NCBI GenBank assembly: GCA_040772485.1
Contig: JAXGYC010000008.1
Location: 384,001-448,000 of the forward strand
Source of the DNA: Sedimentisphaerales bacterium
GTDB lineage: Bacteria; Planctomycetota; Phycisphaerae; Sedimentisphaerales; Anaerobacaceae
Direction of reading: 5' to 3'
DNA length: 64,000 bases
The notes under the pieces are model-generated. The model searched no databases. It was not told the DNA's origin and saw nothing but the letters and a program-made list of their open reading frames with translations. The translations under genes and the position numbers were made by a program. Positions 37,424 through 47,674 of the stretch are shown here, piece by piece (within the stretch, counting starts at the first letter, position 1; every line of letters starts with the position of its first letter).

Positions 37424-38488
37424 ATGAAGGCATTCCCGTGCGCCGACGCCAAGCCACCTGATCGCCCCGCGAGAAGATTCTTCGCCAGACTGGGCCTGGC
37501 TGTCATTGCCTCACTTCTGACCGTTTGCGGCGTGGAGCTTGTCCTGCGCAGTTTCTTCCCCCTCTACACGGCAGGTGGAGTCGTGGGGCTGTACCAATAC
37601 GACGCGGAGCTGGGAGACCGCCTCCGTCCCGGCATCCACTTCACGCGAACGACCGACTATCAGGAGGAGATACACACCAACAAGCTCGGGACAGTGAATT
37701 TCCAGGAATCCTTCGAGCCATACGAACGGATCGTGTTTGCGGCGGGCGATTCGTACACGCAAGGGACCGGCCTGCCGACGGACGCGTCCTATCCGTTCCA
37801 ACTTGACCTGCTGCTCAACATGCAGGATGGCGCCTATCGACAGACCTATGGCGTCGTCAATCTGGGACTGTCCGCCTATGGTTTGGAGCAGACCCTGATC
37901 TGTCTGCGTCGCTATGCCGGCATTCTGGGCCGGCCGGATTACATCCTCTTCCTCGGCTGCGACAACGACTATGTGGACGACGTCGAGTTCCGCGAAGGGG
38001 ATCGCCACCGCCATCTGACAGAAGGGAATCCCCATTGGGGTCCATGGCTCAAGCCGCTTCAATGGCTGACCGTTGGCACCGAGCTCGGCAAACGACTGAA
38101 GGTCGGGATCCGAACGGTGCAGAGGAAGCGTCGTCTGGCTGCGTCGAGACCCCCGGTATCCGAGCATCAAACGCCGTGTCCCGCGGCCTTTGAGGAGCCC
38201 GCGCTCGCAAGACTGCTGGAGGCCGCGTCGGAGCTGGGCGCCACTCTGGTGGTCAGTTGGGCCGCCCTGCCGGACGATCCATCGCCCTCGTACCGGTGGT
38301 TCAAGGAGTGGGCCCGCTCCCACAACGTCGCCTTTGCCGATTGGCACGGGCGCGTCCAATCGGCACGCGAGGCCATCGAGGGACTTCCTATGCTGAATCC
38401 CCACTCCGGCGGCCACTATCGGACATGGGTGAACACGATGATCGCCGCGTCGTTCGCCGAGCAGATCCGCGCCTCAGAAAACCCCTGA
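37424..38488 (+). CDS. Membrane-anchored SGNH/GDSL hydrolase-like protein
   Basis: TM followed by ELVLR; AAGDSYTQG; VVNLGLSAYG; C-terminal GGHY. Confidence 0.8.
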   Translation: MKAFPCADAKPPDRPARRFFARLGLAVIASLLTVCGVELVLRSFFPLYTAGGVVGLYQYDAELGDRLRPGIHFTRTTDYQEEIHTNKLGTVNFQESFEPYERIVFAAGDSYTQGTGLPTDASYPFQLDLLLNMQDGAYRQTYGVVNLGLSAYGLEQTLICLRRYAGILGRPDYILFLGCDNDYVDDVEFREGDRHRHLTEGNPHWGPWLKPLQWLTVGTELGKRLKVGIRTVQRKRRLAASRPPVSEHQTPCPAAFEEPALARLLEAASELGATLVVSWAALPDDPSPSYRWFKEWARSHNVAFADWHGRVQSAREAIEGLPMLNPHSGGHYRTWVNTMIAASFAEQIRASENP

Positions 38489-38616
38489 AATCACCGGCCG
38501 CAATCGGATCATCGACCCGGAGAGTCGTCAACAGCAACGCTCCAGGCCGGCATCCCCGACGGCCCAGTCCGATCGTCGCGATGCGCAGATGCCACGATGT
38601 CGGCGCCACTCCCCTT

Positions 38617-40320
38617 CTACTTGGGAAGGGACGCCTTCAGCTCGATGCCGTCCCATTGCAGTCCGCCGATAACCGCCTGGGCGATATTCGTCAGATGATC
38701 GCCCACCTTCTCGACGTTATCGACCAGATCGATAAAAACCAGCCCGGACTCCGCCGTGCACAGTCCTTCCTGCATCCGCTGAACGTGGCTGCGCCGGAAC
38801 TCAATCTGCATCCGGTTAAGGTTGTGCTCGTTCGGCAAGGCGGACCTGGCCGCCTGGGCGTCATCGTTCTGGAGGGCCTCGATGACCCGGTCAAACATGA
38901 GATCGACTTCCCCACGGAGCTGGCTGATCTCCGCCAGCGCCGAGTCGGTAAACGCGATCTTCTGTTCGATCTTGCGCATCGCAATCTCGACGACGTTCTC
39001 CGCGTGATCTCCGATTCGTTCGAGATCGTTGACCGTGTGCAACAGCACCGGAAGACCGCTGGCGACGTCTTCGGAAAGCTCTTTGCGGGACAGCTCCGTC
39101 AGGTAACTGGTGATCTCGTACTGGAGCGTGTCGGTGAATGCCTCCGCGACCTGGGCCGATTCGAGCTTCTTCTTGTCGTCGCCGAGCAGGCCGGCCACCG
39201 CATCCGTGAAACCGCTCTTGGCGACCGCGGCCATGTGCACGATCTCCCGCCTGGCTTGCTCCAGCGCGATGGCCGGTGTGTGGAGCAAGTGGCGTTCGAG
39301 GACCACGGCCTGCGCCCCCGCTTCGAACGCGCGCACCGGCACGATTCGGAGCACCGATTTTTCCAGTACCGTCGCCAACGGCAAGAAGATGACGGAGTAA
39401 ATCACGCTGGTCATCGTATGTGCCACAGCGATGCACCCCGCGATCGTCTTCGCCGAGAGTTCCCACGGGATCAGGAAATCCACCAAGACGCCGTACCAAC
39501 CCAGGAGAACGAACGGAAAGACAATTGCTCCGCCCAAGACATTGAACATGGTGTGCGCCCAGGCCGCCCGCCTGGCCGTGCGATTGGCCTGAAGGGCCGC
39601 AAGCTGCGCCGTGATCGTCGTGCCGATGTGGGCGCCCAGCACGAACGGAATCGCCATGTCCAACGCCACCTGCCAGTTGGTCCCGAAGGCGCCGCCCATC
39701 GCCAGCAACTGCACGATGGCAATCGACGCCGAGCTGCTCTGGACCAGCATGGTCAGTCCCCAGCCGACCAGGACCGCGAACAGCGGCTTGCTGCCGTAAG
39801 TGACGAAGATCTCCTGCACGCGCGTGCTCTTCTCCAGAGGCCCGAACGCCTCCTTCAGGTACTCGATCCCGAGGAACAACAGGCCGAACCCGAGGATGAT
39901 GGTGCCCACGCTCTTCATCGCCCGAGAGCGGCCGCCGATCTGGAGCACGAACCCCAACCCGATAGCCGGCAAAGCGTAGACCTCGATGCTCAAGCCGCCA
40001 AAGCCAGCGATCGACACCAGCCACGCGGTGGCGGTCGTGCCCACGTTGCTGCCGATGATCACGCCGATGGATTGCTTGAGGGTCAGTAGTCCCGCGTTGA
40101 CCAGTCCGATGACAATCACGGTCGTGGCAGAACTCGATTGGATGAATGCCGTTACCGCCAGTCCGACGAGAAAACCGATGTAGGTGTTCTTCGTCATCGT
40201 TTCCAAGACAATCTTGAGCCTGCGGCCTGCGACCTTCTTCAAACCGTCCGACATCTGGACCATTCCGTAGAGGAAAAGCCCCAGGCCCCCGACCACCCCA
40301 AGAAACATGCTACCGATCAT
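38617..40320 (-). CDS. Na/Pi cotransporter family protein with C-terminal PhoU domains
   Basis: GGLGLFLYGM..MSDGLKK, two QSSSA repeats, GSNVGTT, NDLERIGDHAEN, EKVGDH. Confidence 0.95.
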   Translation of the reverse strand: MIGSMFLGVVGGLGLFLYGMVQMSDGLKKVAGRRLKIVLETMTKNTYIGFLVGLAVTAFIQSSSATTVIVIGLVNAGLLTLKQSIGVIIGSNVGTTATAWLVSIAGFGGLSIEVYALPAIGLGFVLQIGGRSRAMKSVGTIILGFGLLFLGIEYLKEAFGPLEKSTRVQEIFVTYGSKPLFAVLVGWGLTMLVQSSSASIAIVQLLAMGGAFGTNWQVALDMAIPFVLGAHIGTTITAQLAALQANRTARRAAWAHTMFNVLGGAIVFPFVLLGWYGVLVDFLIPWELSAKTIAGCIAVAHTMTSVIYSVIFLPLATVLEKSVLRIVPVRAFEAGAQAVVLERHLLHTPAIALEQARREIVHMAAVAKSGFTDAVAGLLGDDKKKLESAQVAEAFTDTLQYEITSYLTELSRKELSEDVASGLPVLLHTVNDLERIGDHAENVVEIAMRKIEQKIAFTDSALAEISQLRGEVDLMFDRVIEALQNDDAQAARSALPNEHNLNRMQIEFRRSHVQRMQEGLCTAESGLVFIDLVDNVEKVGDHLTNIAQAVIGGLQWDGIELKASLPK

Positions 40321-40588
40321 CCTGGCTCTCCCCACTGCGACATGGGAATGAACACGCGGTTTACATCCCTCCGCGCAGGGCTCGGACAACACCGTAGCGC
40401 GGCATTCTACCGAGCGGGTGCCCAGGCTACAACTGGCACTCTGATTTCCTCCGCGATGCGGTAGCTGGCAGGATTTCTGAGCCGACCCCATACAGTCGGA
40501 AGGACCATTCGGTCAGATCGAACCGCCCTTCACCCACGCTGCGCAATACAGATCGGGTCTCTCAATCGGGCCGGTGCGCGATGCCAGA

Positions 40589-41971
40589 TCATTCCTCCGG
40601 CCGGTCGGGGCTCCAGGATCGGCTCATGGGGGCGCCGGAAGCCGTGAGCGATAACTCTGCCTGTATCGGGGCACTCGGTGGGACGACGGTCTCCTGCGAG
40701 ACCAGTCGGTCGGCCCCCCAGGAATCCAGCGATGCGTCTGCGATGACGCCGCGGCCGGTGTCGATCGCGCCTTCCAGCCAGGCCTCGATTTGGCGATCGG
40801 GAGAGAAGAGGCTGATCCCGATGCTGTCGGAGTCGAGCAAACCAAACCAGTCAACCTCCATCACGCTGCCGTCGGCCAGTTTCAGCTGGCCGCGACGGCC
40901 TTCGAAACGGGCGCCGTCAAAGGAGAGAACCAATTCACCGACGGGCGCTGCCTCGCTGTCATGGACGTCGTAGGTCCGCGTCGTAACGCTCGGTTCCGAA
41001 CCTGCCATGTCCCGCTGAAGGTAGCCGCGCAGCGTCACGAGCACGTTCACGTAAACGTCGAGGTGCGGCAGGTTCGTCGCATCGATGTACGTCAGTTCGT
41101 CTTCCTGGGGATCCGTCCCCGCCGGGTTGTCCTCCAGGGCGATGTACTCGAGGGCATCCATGTAGCACGTGATCGCGTCGATCCAATCCTGTCGGGCCTG
41201 CCGGATTGACGTCAGGTGATAGGCGTCCGTCTCCTCGACCCGCCGCCCTGCCAGACGCCGCGCCCATTCGATCAGAAGATTGCCGTCCCCGCCGGTCTCC
41301 TGAAGGTCGAATCGATACGAGAGTGCCTCATAGACATACGGCTTCTCACCGCATGCGATTTGTGCCTCCAGCATCCCCTTGTAGGCCAGGAACAAGCCTC
41401 TGAGAATCAGCACGTCCCCATAGTCGATCTCCAGATCGCCGGTCAGTCCCGTTTCCTCGGGGGACATGCACATCACGAACGGCGCGGGCGTATCCTCGAT
41501 GGAATCGAGTTCCGCGATGATCGACTCCAACCGAGGCAGGATCGAGCCATCAAGCACCCGGCGCACGTGGTTCGGGTCCGCTTCGGGCGGCAGAGGCTCC
41601 GGCCCGATCGGCTCATGCAGATTCCTGGAACGGACGCCGTCAAGCGCCCTGACGGCCACCCCGATTCCAAACCCGTCGGCCAGATCCAGAAGATCGTCGA
41701 CAGCCAGGACATCATCGTGGTCGAGGAACAGCATGGCCGCCTCAGTTATCGCCCGCAGCAGGACCAACTCGCGGTCCGTCCGGCAGTCGGGGCAGTTGGG
41801 GTCCTCGATTCCAGCATCGAAGATGTCGTAGGCATCGGCCAGACCCGCAGCCGTCCCCTGGCACATGTGCATGCGGCCGGCCAGGACGTAATCATCCGCC
41901 GAGAGGGCGGACGCCCCAGCGGGCAGGCCGCAACAAGTCAGAACGATCCAAGCCAGAGTCCGTTTGCCCAT
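40589..41971 (-). CDS. Hypothetical secreted acidic protein
   Basis: Signal peptide MGKRTLAWIVLTCCGLPAGASA; LEIDYGDVLILR; overlaps the upstream gene end. Confidence 0.7.
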   Translation of the reverse strand: MGKRTLAWIVLTCCGLPAGASALSADDYVLAGRMHMCQGTAAGLADAYDIFDAGIEDPNCPDCRTDRELVLLRAITEAAMLFLDHDDVLAVDDLLDLADGFGIGVAVRALDGVRSRNLHEPIGPEPLPPEADPNHVRRVLDGSILPRLESIIAELDSIEDTPAPFVMCMSPEETGLTGDLEIDYGDVLILRGLFLAYKGMLEAQIACGEKPYVYEALSYRFDLQETGGDGNLLIEWARRLAGRRVEETDAYHLTSIRQARQDWIDAITCYMDALEYIALEDNPAGTDPQEDELTYIDATNLPHLDVYVNVLVTLRGYLQRDMAGSEPSVTTRTYDVHDSEAAPVGELVLSFDGARFEGRRGQLKLADGSVMEVDWFGLLDSDSIGISLFSPDRQIEAWLEGAIDTGRGVIADASLDSWGADRLVSQETVVPPSAPIQAELSLTASGAPMSRSWSPDRPEE

Positions 41972-42777
41972 CCCTGGTCCCCTTCCATTTCCGAGGAGTT
42001 TCCACCGGTCGGCTCGAGCGTCGTGCTGAAGCGCGCGCCCTGTCCCACGCGTACGGTTCCGTCGCAACTCAGCGAGTATCGCCCGGGGGCGACGATGGAT
42101 TCGTCCCTCGTGTCGATCTCCACACAATTGCTCTGCAGGACTGCGCCGGGCGTCGTCATTGTGACATGCCCCCGCAGCACCATCCGGGACGTGTCAGAAC
42201 GCAGGGTCGCATGCTGGCACCGAACGTGAAAGACCGTACGGTCCGCCCGGCAGATTCTCCAATCCAGCCGGCGGATACGGACCTCGGTCGTGTTCGCCAG
42301 GTCGACCGGCTTCGACCACTCGGCGCCCGATTCTCCCATCTCGCTGAACAAACCCAGCGGATTGGCACCCGACGCACCCTGCTGGCGCGGAGCCAGCAGA
42401 GCGCCAAGATCGCAAGACGCCATACCGTCTGCAAAGAACACTACTCGAACATTCTCGACGTGCACAACCTTGACGCAAGCGGTCTTGAAAACACCCAAAC
42501 TGGCGTTTTCGGCGTGGAGGTTGTCGAAGGCGATCCGGTAAGCGGGCGTAGAGGCGGACGAGGAGTCTTTCCGCCATGCGGTTAGAGCGCCCGTTTCATT
42601 GCGTCGGCACGGAGGGGCGTAGTCGACGGGAACCGCCTCGCTGTCCGATCGCTTCAACACACCTGCGTAGGCGCCGACCAGGACAACGCCCGCCAGCCAG
42701 AACAGCAGCAGCCGCACCACGTTTCGCCTGCTCAGGAAGTCCGAAAATGTGCCGTCTAGAGTCATTCTCCAATCCAT
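41938..42777 (-). CDS. Hypothetical membrane-anchored beta-rich protein (possibly LptC-like)
   Basis: GGAG RBS, single N-terminal TM, C-terminal LRGHVTMT..LQSN..EID beta-jellyroll-like pattern. Confidence 0.55.
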   Translation of the reverse strand: MDWRMTLDGTFSDFLSRRNVVRLLLFWLAGVVLVGAYAGVLKRSDSEAVPVDYAPPCRRNETGALTAWRKDSSSASTPAYRIAFDNLHAENASLGVFKTACVKVVHVENVRVVFFADGMASCDLGALLAPRQQGASGANPLGLFSEMGESGAEWSKPVDLANTTEVRIRRLDWRICRADRTVFHVRCQHATLRSDTSRMVLRGHVTMTTPGAVLQSNCVEIDTRDESIVAPGRYSLSCDGTVRVGQGARFSTTLEPTGGNSSEMEGDQGWANGLWLGSF

Positions 42778-42925
42778 GGATCTGCTCCTGTCGTTCTTCC
42801 GTCTGTATCGGTTAATCCGCCTGTGTTAATTGAGGCAATCGGGGCAATTGCAGAGATTTTGGCCAAGAAATTCATGGCAACTTGGTCAGAATGGCCGCGT
42901 CTACTGCATTCCGGCTGCGGTGCTC

Positions 42926-42954
42926 TTGACATAGGCCTTTTGCAGACCTATACT
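42926..42954 (+). promoter_or_regulatory. Near-consensus sigma70 promoter of the glycan locus
   Basis: TTGACA-N17-TATACT. Confidence 0.8.
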
Positions 42955-43035
42955 TGCGCCTTTGGCCACGGCCGCAGCGCCGACGACGGATGCCCTGTTG
43001 GCCAGCCGACCTGCACAGAAGGGCTGCCCCCCAAG

Positions 43036-44340
43036 ATGTCAAAGGCACTCAGAGCGACGTGGCAAAAGCACCAGACGATCCTGGGCAACTTCTTCTCGCT
43101 GAGCGTCCTTCAGGTAGCGACGTATCTGGCGCCGCTGATCACGCTGCCGTACCTGGTCCGCGTCCTCGGCCCGTCGCGTTTCGGGCTGGTCGAGCTGGCC
43201 CATGCCATCGCCGTGTATCTGGTCATCCTGACCGACTACGGATTCAATCTCTCCGCGACGCGGGAGATCTCCTTGTGTCGGAACGATGCGAGGAGGCTGT
43301 CGGAGATCTTCTCGGCGGTGATGCTCCTGAAGCTGCTGCTGACCGTCGCGAGCTTCTTCGCCCTGGTGGCGGCGGTCCTCGCCGTGCCCCGGCTGCGAGG
43401 CGACTGGCCGGTCTACCTGCTGACGTTCGGCACCGTCATCGGGCAGTGCCTGTTCCCGATCTGGCTGTTTCAGGGCCTCGAACGGATGAAGTACACCGCC
43501 ATCCTGACGATTCTCTCGAAGCTGGCGATCACCGTCGCGATCTTCGCGTTCATCCGACAGAGCGATCATTACGTCTACGTTCCGGTGGTGCAGTCCGTCG
43601 GAACGATCGCCATGGGCGTCGCCGGGCTACTCGTGGCCCTGCGCGAGTTCCCCGTCCGCTTCGCCCTGCCGTCGCGAGCCCTCCTGAGACAGGAGCTTGC
43701 CGAGGGCTGGCATTTGTTCGTCTCCAAGATGTCGATCACGTTATACACCACGAGCAACATCGTCATCCTGGGGCTGTTCACGAACAACACGTTCGTCGCG
43801 TATTACGTCGCCGGCGAGAAGATCGTGCGGGCGATCCAGGGACTCCAGTTGCCCCTTTCGCAGGCGGTGTACCCGTATGTCGGCAAGCTGGCGTCCGAAT
43901 CGAAAGAGGCGGCCCTGGCGTTCACGGCGCGCATGACCGAGATCGTGGGCGTCGTCACGCTGGTCCTGTCGGTGGGGCTGTTCTTCGCGGCCGGACCGCT
44001 CAGCCGGCTGATCCTGGGCGAGCAGTTCGGCGCCAGCGTGGCGGTGATACGGATTCTCTCCCCGCTGCCGTTCGTGTGCAGCCTGAGCAACATCTTCGGC
44101 GTGCAGATCATGATCAACTTCGGACTGAAGAAGACGCTGACCAGGGTCCTCGCCATCGCCGGCGTGGTGAATGTCGTTCTGGTCTTCGCCCTGGTTGTCC
44201 CGCTGCGCCATATCGGCGTCAGCATCGCCGTGCTGCTGACGGAGGTTGCGATCATGATCGCGACGTACGTCGCCCTGCGACGGAACGGGCTGGACGTCCT
44301 TCGGCGTCACCGAACTGCGGAGCCAGAGCATGGTCTATGA
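43036..44340 (+). CDS. wzx: Wzx oligosaccharide flippase
   Basis: NFFSLSVLQ..Y..PLITLPYLVRVLG..FG, TDYGFNLSATREIS, PIWLFQGLERMK. Confidence 0.93.
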   Translation: MSKALRATWQKHQTILGNFFSLSVLQVATYLAPLITLPYLVRVLGPSRFGLVELAHAIAVYLVILTDYGFNLSATREISLCRNDARRLSEIFSAVMLLKLLLTVASFFALVAAVLAVPRLRGDWPVYLLTFGTVIGQCLFPIWLFQGLERMKYTAILTILSKLAITVAIFAFIRQSDHYVYVPVVQSVGTIAMGVAGLLVALREFPVRFALPSRALLRQELAEGWHLFVSKMSITLYTTSNIVILGLFTNNTFVAYYVAGEKIVRAIQGLQLPLSQAVYPYVGKLASESKEAALAFTARMTEIVGVVTLVLSVGLFFAAGPLSRLILGEQFGASVAVIRILSPLPFVCSLSNIFGVQIMINFGLKKTLTRVLAIAGVVNVVLVFALVVPLRHIGVSIAVLLTEVAIMIATYVALRRNGLDVLRRHRTAEPEHGL

Positions 44341-45427
44341 TTGCCTGATCGTCGGCGCCGGCTGGGCCGGGTGCGTCCTGGCCGAAAGACTGGCCAACGG
44401 GCTCGGGCAGAAGGTCCTGCTCGTCGAACGCAGCGATCACATCGGGGGCAATGCCTACGATTTCGTCGACGCACATGGCCTCGTCGTTCAGAAGTACGGT
44501 CCACACATCTTCCACACCCGCGTCAAACCGGTGTGGGACTATGTCAGCCGGTTCACGGACTGGAACGGGTACGTCCATCACGTCCTGGCGCAGGTCGCAG
44601 ACCGGGTAGTCTGTCTGCCGATCAATCTCGACACGCTGGAACGACTGTATGGCCGCCCGTTCACCGCCGAGCAGGCTCGCGCGTTCTACGCCGCGCGCCG
44701 CGTGCCGATCGAGAGGATCGAGAACGCACGCGACGTTGTGGTCTCCCAGATCGGCCAGGAATTGTACGAACTGTTCTACGAGAACTATACGAAGAAATTA
44801 TGGGGTCTCTACCCCCACGAACTGGCGCCCCAGGTCACCCGGCGGGTGCCCATCCGCTTCGACAGGGACACACGCTATTTTGACGATCCGTACCAGGGCG
44901 TTCCCAAGGACGGCTTCACACCCATGTTCGAACGCATGATCGCGTCGCCCGACGTCACTGTTCGCCTCGGGACGGACTATCGATCCGTCGCGACGTCGGA
45001 GCGATTCGCCCGGCTCATCTATACGGGGCCGATCGACGAGTACTTTGACTACACCTACGGCCGCCTGCCTTACCGGAGCCTTGCGTTCCGATTCGAGACA
45101 CTCGACGTGGAGCGATTCCAGAACGCCGGGGTCGTCAACTATCCCGGCGAACAAGATTACATCCGCATCACGGAGTTCAAACACCTGACGCTACAGAAGC
45201 ATCCCAAGACAACGATCTGCTACGAATATGGAGCGGCCGAGGGGCGTCCATGCTATCCTGTCCCCACCGAGGCCAGCCGCCGGCTGTGCGAGCGGTACAA
45301 GGCCAGAGCCGATGAGCTGGAGCGTGTTCACTTCGTCGGCCGACTGGCTCAGTACGAGTATCTGAACATGGATCAGGTCGTCGAGCGCGCCCTGGCTCTG
45401 TACGAAGAGATCCGAACCGATGGCTGA
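44330..45427 (+). CDS. glf: UDP-galactopyranose mutase
   Basis: IVGAGWAG, HIGGNAYD, YGPHIFHT, YTGPIDEYF, LPYRSL, RITEFKH, GRLAQYEYLNMDQ. Confidence 0.97.
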   Translation: MVYDCLIVGAGWAGCVLAERLANGLGQKVLLVERSDHIGGNAYDFVDAHGLVVQKYGPHIFHTRVKPVWDYVSRFTDWNGYVHHVLAQVADRVVCLPINLDTLERLYGRPFTAEQARAFYAARRVPIERIENARDVVVSQIGQELYELFYENYTKKLWGLYPHELAPQVTRRVPIRFDRDTRYFDDPYQGVPKDGFTPMFERMIASPDVTVRLGTDYRSVATSERFARLIYTGPIDEYFDYTYGRLPYRSLAFRFETLDVERFQNAGVVNYPGEQDYIRITEFKHLTLQKHPKTTICYEYGAAEGRPCYPVPTEASRRLCERYKARADELERVHFVGRLAQYEYLNMDQVVERALALYEEIRTDG

Positions 45428-46433
45428 GAGACGACGAGAACGAATCGCGGCGATTGTGGTCACGTACAACAGGAAGGTCCTGTTGCTGCGGTGCCTCGAA
45501 GCGCTGCTGGGGCAAAGCCGTCGACTCGACGCCATCTACATCATCGACAACAACTCCACGGACGGAACCTGCGAGGCGTTGTGGGACAGAGGACTGATTG
45601 CGCCGAATGCGGCCCGCACAGAAGAAGCAGACGAACGGGTCACAATGGTCGAGCCGCCGGCGCCGCCAGACGGGGCCGTCGAGATCCACTATGTGAAAAT
45701 GCCCGAGAACACCGGTGGTGCGGGCGGCTTTCACGAGGGGATGAAGCGCAGCGCTGGGGCGGGCTTCGACTGGCTGTGGCTGATGGACGACGATTTGCTG
45801 CCTTCCTGCGATGCGCTGGAAGCCCTGGTCGTCAGGAGGGACACTCTGACGAAGGCCTCGACCCAGCCCTTCCTGCTGAACTGCACCGTCCTGTCGCAGG
45901 ACCATTCGGACGGTGACACGCTGGCCTTTCCGCTTCAGGAGATCACCAGGAAGGGCCATCCCCGACTCGGCGTCTACTACTGGCGTCTGTCGGAAGTGGC
46001 CGACAAGGTGCGCAATGGAGTCTACCGCTGGGCCTGTCCGTTCAATGGGACACTCGTCCCCGCCCGCGCGCTTGGGGAGATCGGCCTGCCCAACAAGGAG
46101 TTCTTCATCCGAGGCGACGAGAAGGACTTCCTCTGGCGTGCCGCCGGGAGACTCGAACTGTATACCGTCATCGACAGCAGGGCGCACCATCCGCGGCCGC
46201 GCGTTGACGCCTTCGACTGGAAACAGTACTATCACATCCGCAATATGCTGGTCGTGAACAGCCATTTCAACTTCCGATGGCTGAGGAATCTCAAGCTGAT
46301 CGTCCTGAGTCTGGCGCTCGGGCTGCGGCATGGCCGGCGCGGGACGGCTCTGGTCGTCCGCGCGATTGCCGATGGACTCACCGGCCGCCTGGGCAAGAGA
46401 GAACAGGTACACACATGGCTCGATATCTCGTGA
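45420..46433 (+). CDS. GT2 glycosyltransferase (GlfT1-like galactofuranosyltransferase)
   Basis: IVVTYNR, IDNNSTDGT, ENTGGAGGF, WLWLMDDD, FFIRGDE. Confidence 0.88.
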   Translation: MAERRRERIAAIVVTYNRKVLLLRCLEALLGQSRRLDAIYIIDNNSTDGTCEALWDRGLIAPNAARTEEADERVTMVEPPAPPDGAVEIHYVKMPENTGGAGGFHEGMKRSAGAGFDWLWLMDDDLLPSCDALEALVVRRDTLTKASTQPFLLNCTVLSQDHSDGDTLAFPLQEITRKGHPRLGVYYWRLSEVADKVRNGVYRWACPFNGTLVPARALGEIGLPNKEFFIRGDEKDFLWRAAGRLELYTVIDSRAHHPRPRVDAFDWKQYYHIRNMLVVNSHFNFRWLRNLKLIVLSLALGLRHGRRGTALVVRAIADGLTGRLGKREQVHTWLDIS

Positions 46434-47668
46434 ATCCGCTGTTCCTCTACCTGGCCATATGGGTCTCGGTCATGGTCTCGTATGTGGCCGGAGTGAACAG
46501 GGCGTTCTTCCCTGCACCGACCCCTCGGGTCTACTGGGCAGTGGGTCTGAGCGTGGCGACGTTCGTTCTGGGATACCTGACATGGAACCTCATACGACGC
46601 GCGAAGACCGATCCCGATAGACTCTATTGGTCCGCCGCTCCCGTGCTGAGCGCCAAGTCGCTCCGACGCTATTTGCGCATCACGCTCGTTTTCGGCCTGC
46701 TGGCCGTGGCATTCTGCGCCCTCCGCCTGGTGGTCCTGGCCAGAACACACGAAATCGATCTGCTGCGCCTCGTCACCGATTCCATCCTGTGGCGGGAGAC
46801 CGTCACGCGCCCGATCACTCCCGACATGATCGGCATGCGGGCCTGCACCATCGCCATCACGGTGAGTTGCAGCATCTTTTCCATCGGCTTCGCCCTGCTT
46901 GGCATCCTGCTCTATCTCGGCCGCGACCGATGGCGATACGGGACGGTGACCTTGTTCCTACTGACCGCGCTGGGTGTGGGCCTGCTCAGCCTCGCCCGGA
47001 AGGAAGTCACGATCAACATCGCATTCATGGTGCTGTCCTATCTGTTCATGCATCAGCATTACCGCAGCCGGCGGACCCGGGAGGTGGCCATGCATCTGGT
47101 TGTCCCGGCCGTGGCTCTGGTCATCTTGTTCCTGCTGGTCGATATTCTGCTCCACAAAGGCGCCAATTACGATCCCGCCCACCGCTTGAGGGGATTCCTC
47201 CTTTCGATCTACTGGTACATCGCCTCTCCTGTGGCGGCGTTCAGCGAGTTTCTCAAGACGCACGACGGCAACTGGCGTCTCGGGGAGAGCGTGTTTCTGC
47301 CCATCTACAAGTGGCTGGCCCGGGCTCATCTGGTCCCTCCGCCCGACGCCATGAGCATCATGCACATGGAGAAGATCTACATTCCGTACATGGCGAACGT
47401 GTACACCTACCTGCGGAACATTTACGAGGATTTCGGTTTCCTCGGTCTGGCGGTCCTCCCGTATCTGCTGGGGCTTCTGTCGGCGGCTTTGCGGGCGCGG
47501 GCCGGACAGTCTGTCCCCTATCTGAATTTCTACCTGATCGTTCTGATCGTGATTGTCTTCTCGTTCTACGATCATCTGCTGATATCCAACCAGTACTACT
47601 TGCAGGCGTTCTTCGGATATCTTCTCTTCCGCTCCCGGCTTCCGGAGACGGGGGCTGACGGCCTATAG
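46415..47668 (+). CDS. wzy: Wzy oligosaccharide repeat-unit polymerase
   Basis: About 11 TMs; NVYTYLRNIYEDFGFLG motif; position within the wzx locus. Confidence 0.8.
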   Translation: MARYLVNPLFLYLAIWVSVMVSYVAGVNRAFFPAPTPRVYWAVGLSVATFVLGYLTWNLIRRAKTDPDRLYWSAAPVLSAKSLRRYLRITLVFGLLAVAFCALRLVVLARTHEIDLLRLVTDSILWRETVTRPITPDMIGMRACTIAITVSCSIFSIGFALLGILLYLGRDRWRYGTVTLFLLTALGVGLLSLARKEVTINIAFMVLSYLFMHQHYRSRRTREVAMHLVVPAVALVILFLLVDILLHKGANYDPAHRLRGFLLSIYWYIASPVAAFSEFLKTHDGNWRLGESVFLPIYKWLARAHLVPPPDAMSIMHMEKIYIPYMANVYTYLRNIYEDFGFLGLAVLPYLLGLLSAALRARAGQSVPYLNFYLIVLIVIVFSFYDHLLISNQYYLQAFFGYLLFRSRLPETGADGL

Positions 47669-47674
47669 CGCTCG

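Noticed and set aside
37270..38488. Genomic island integrated at tRNA-Ser
   Set aside because: No integrase and no second copy of the tRNA 3' end seen in the window
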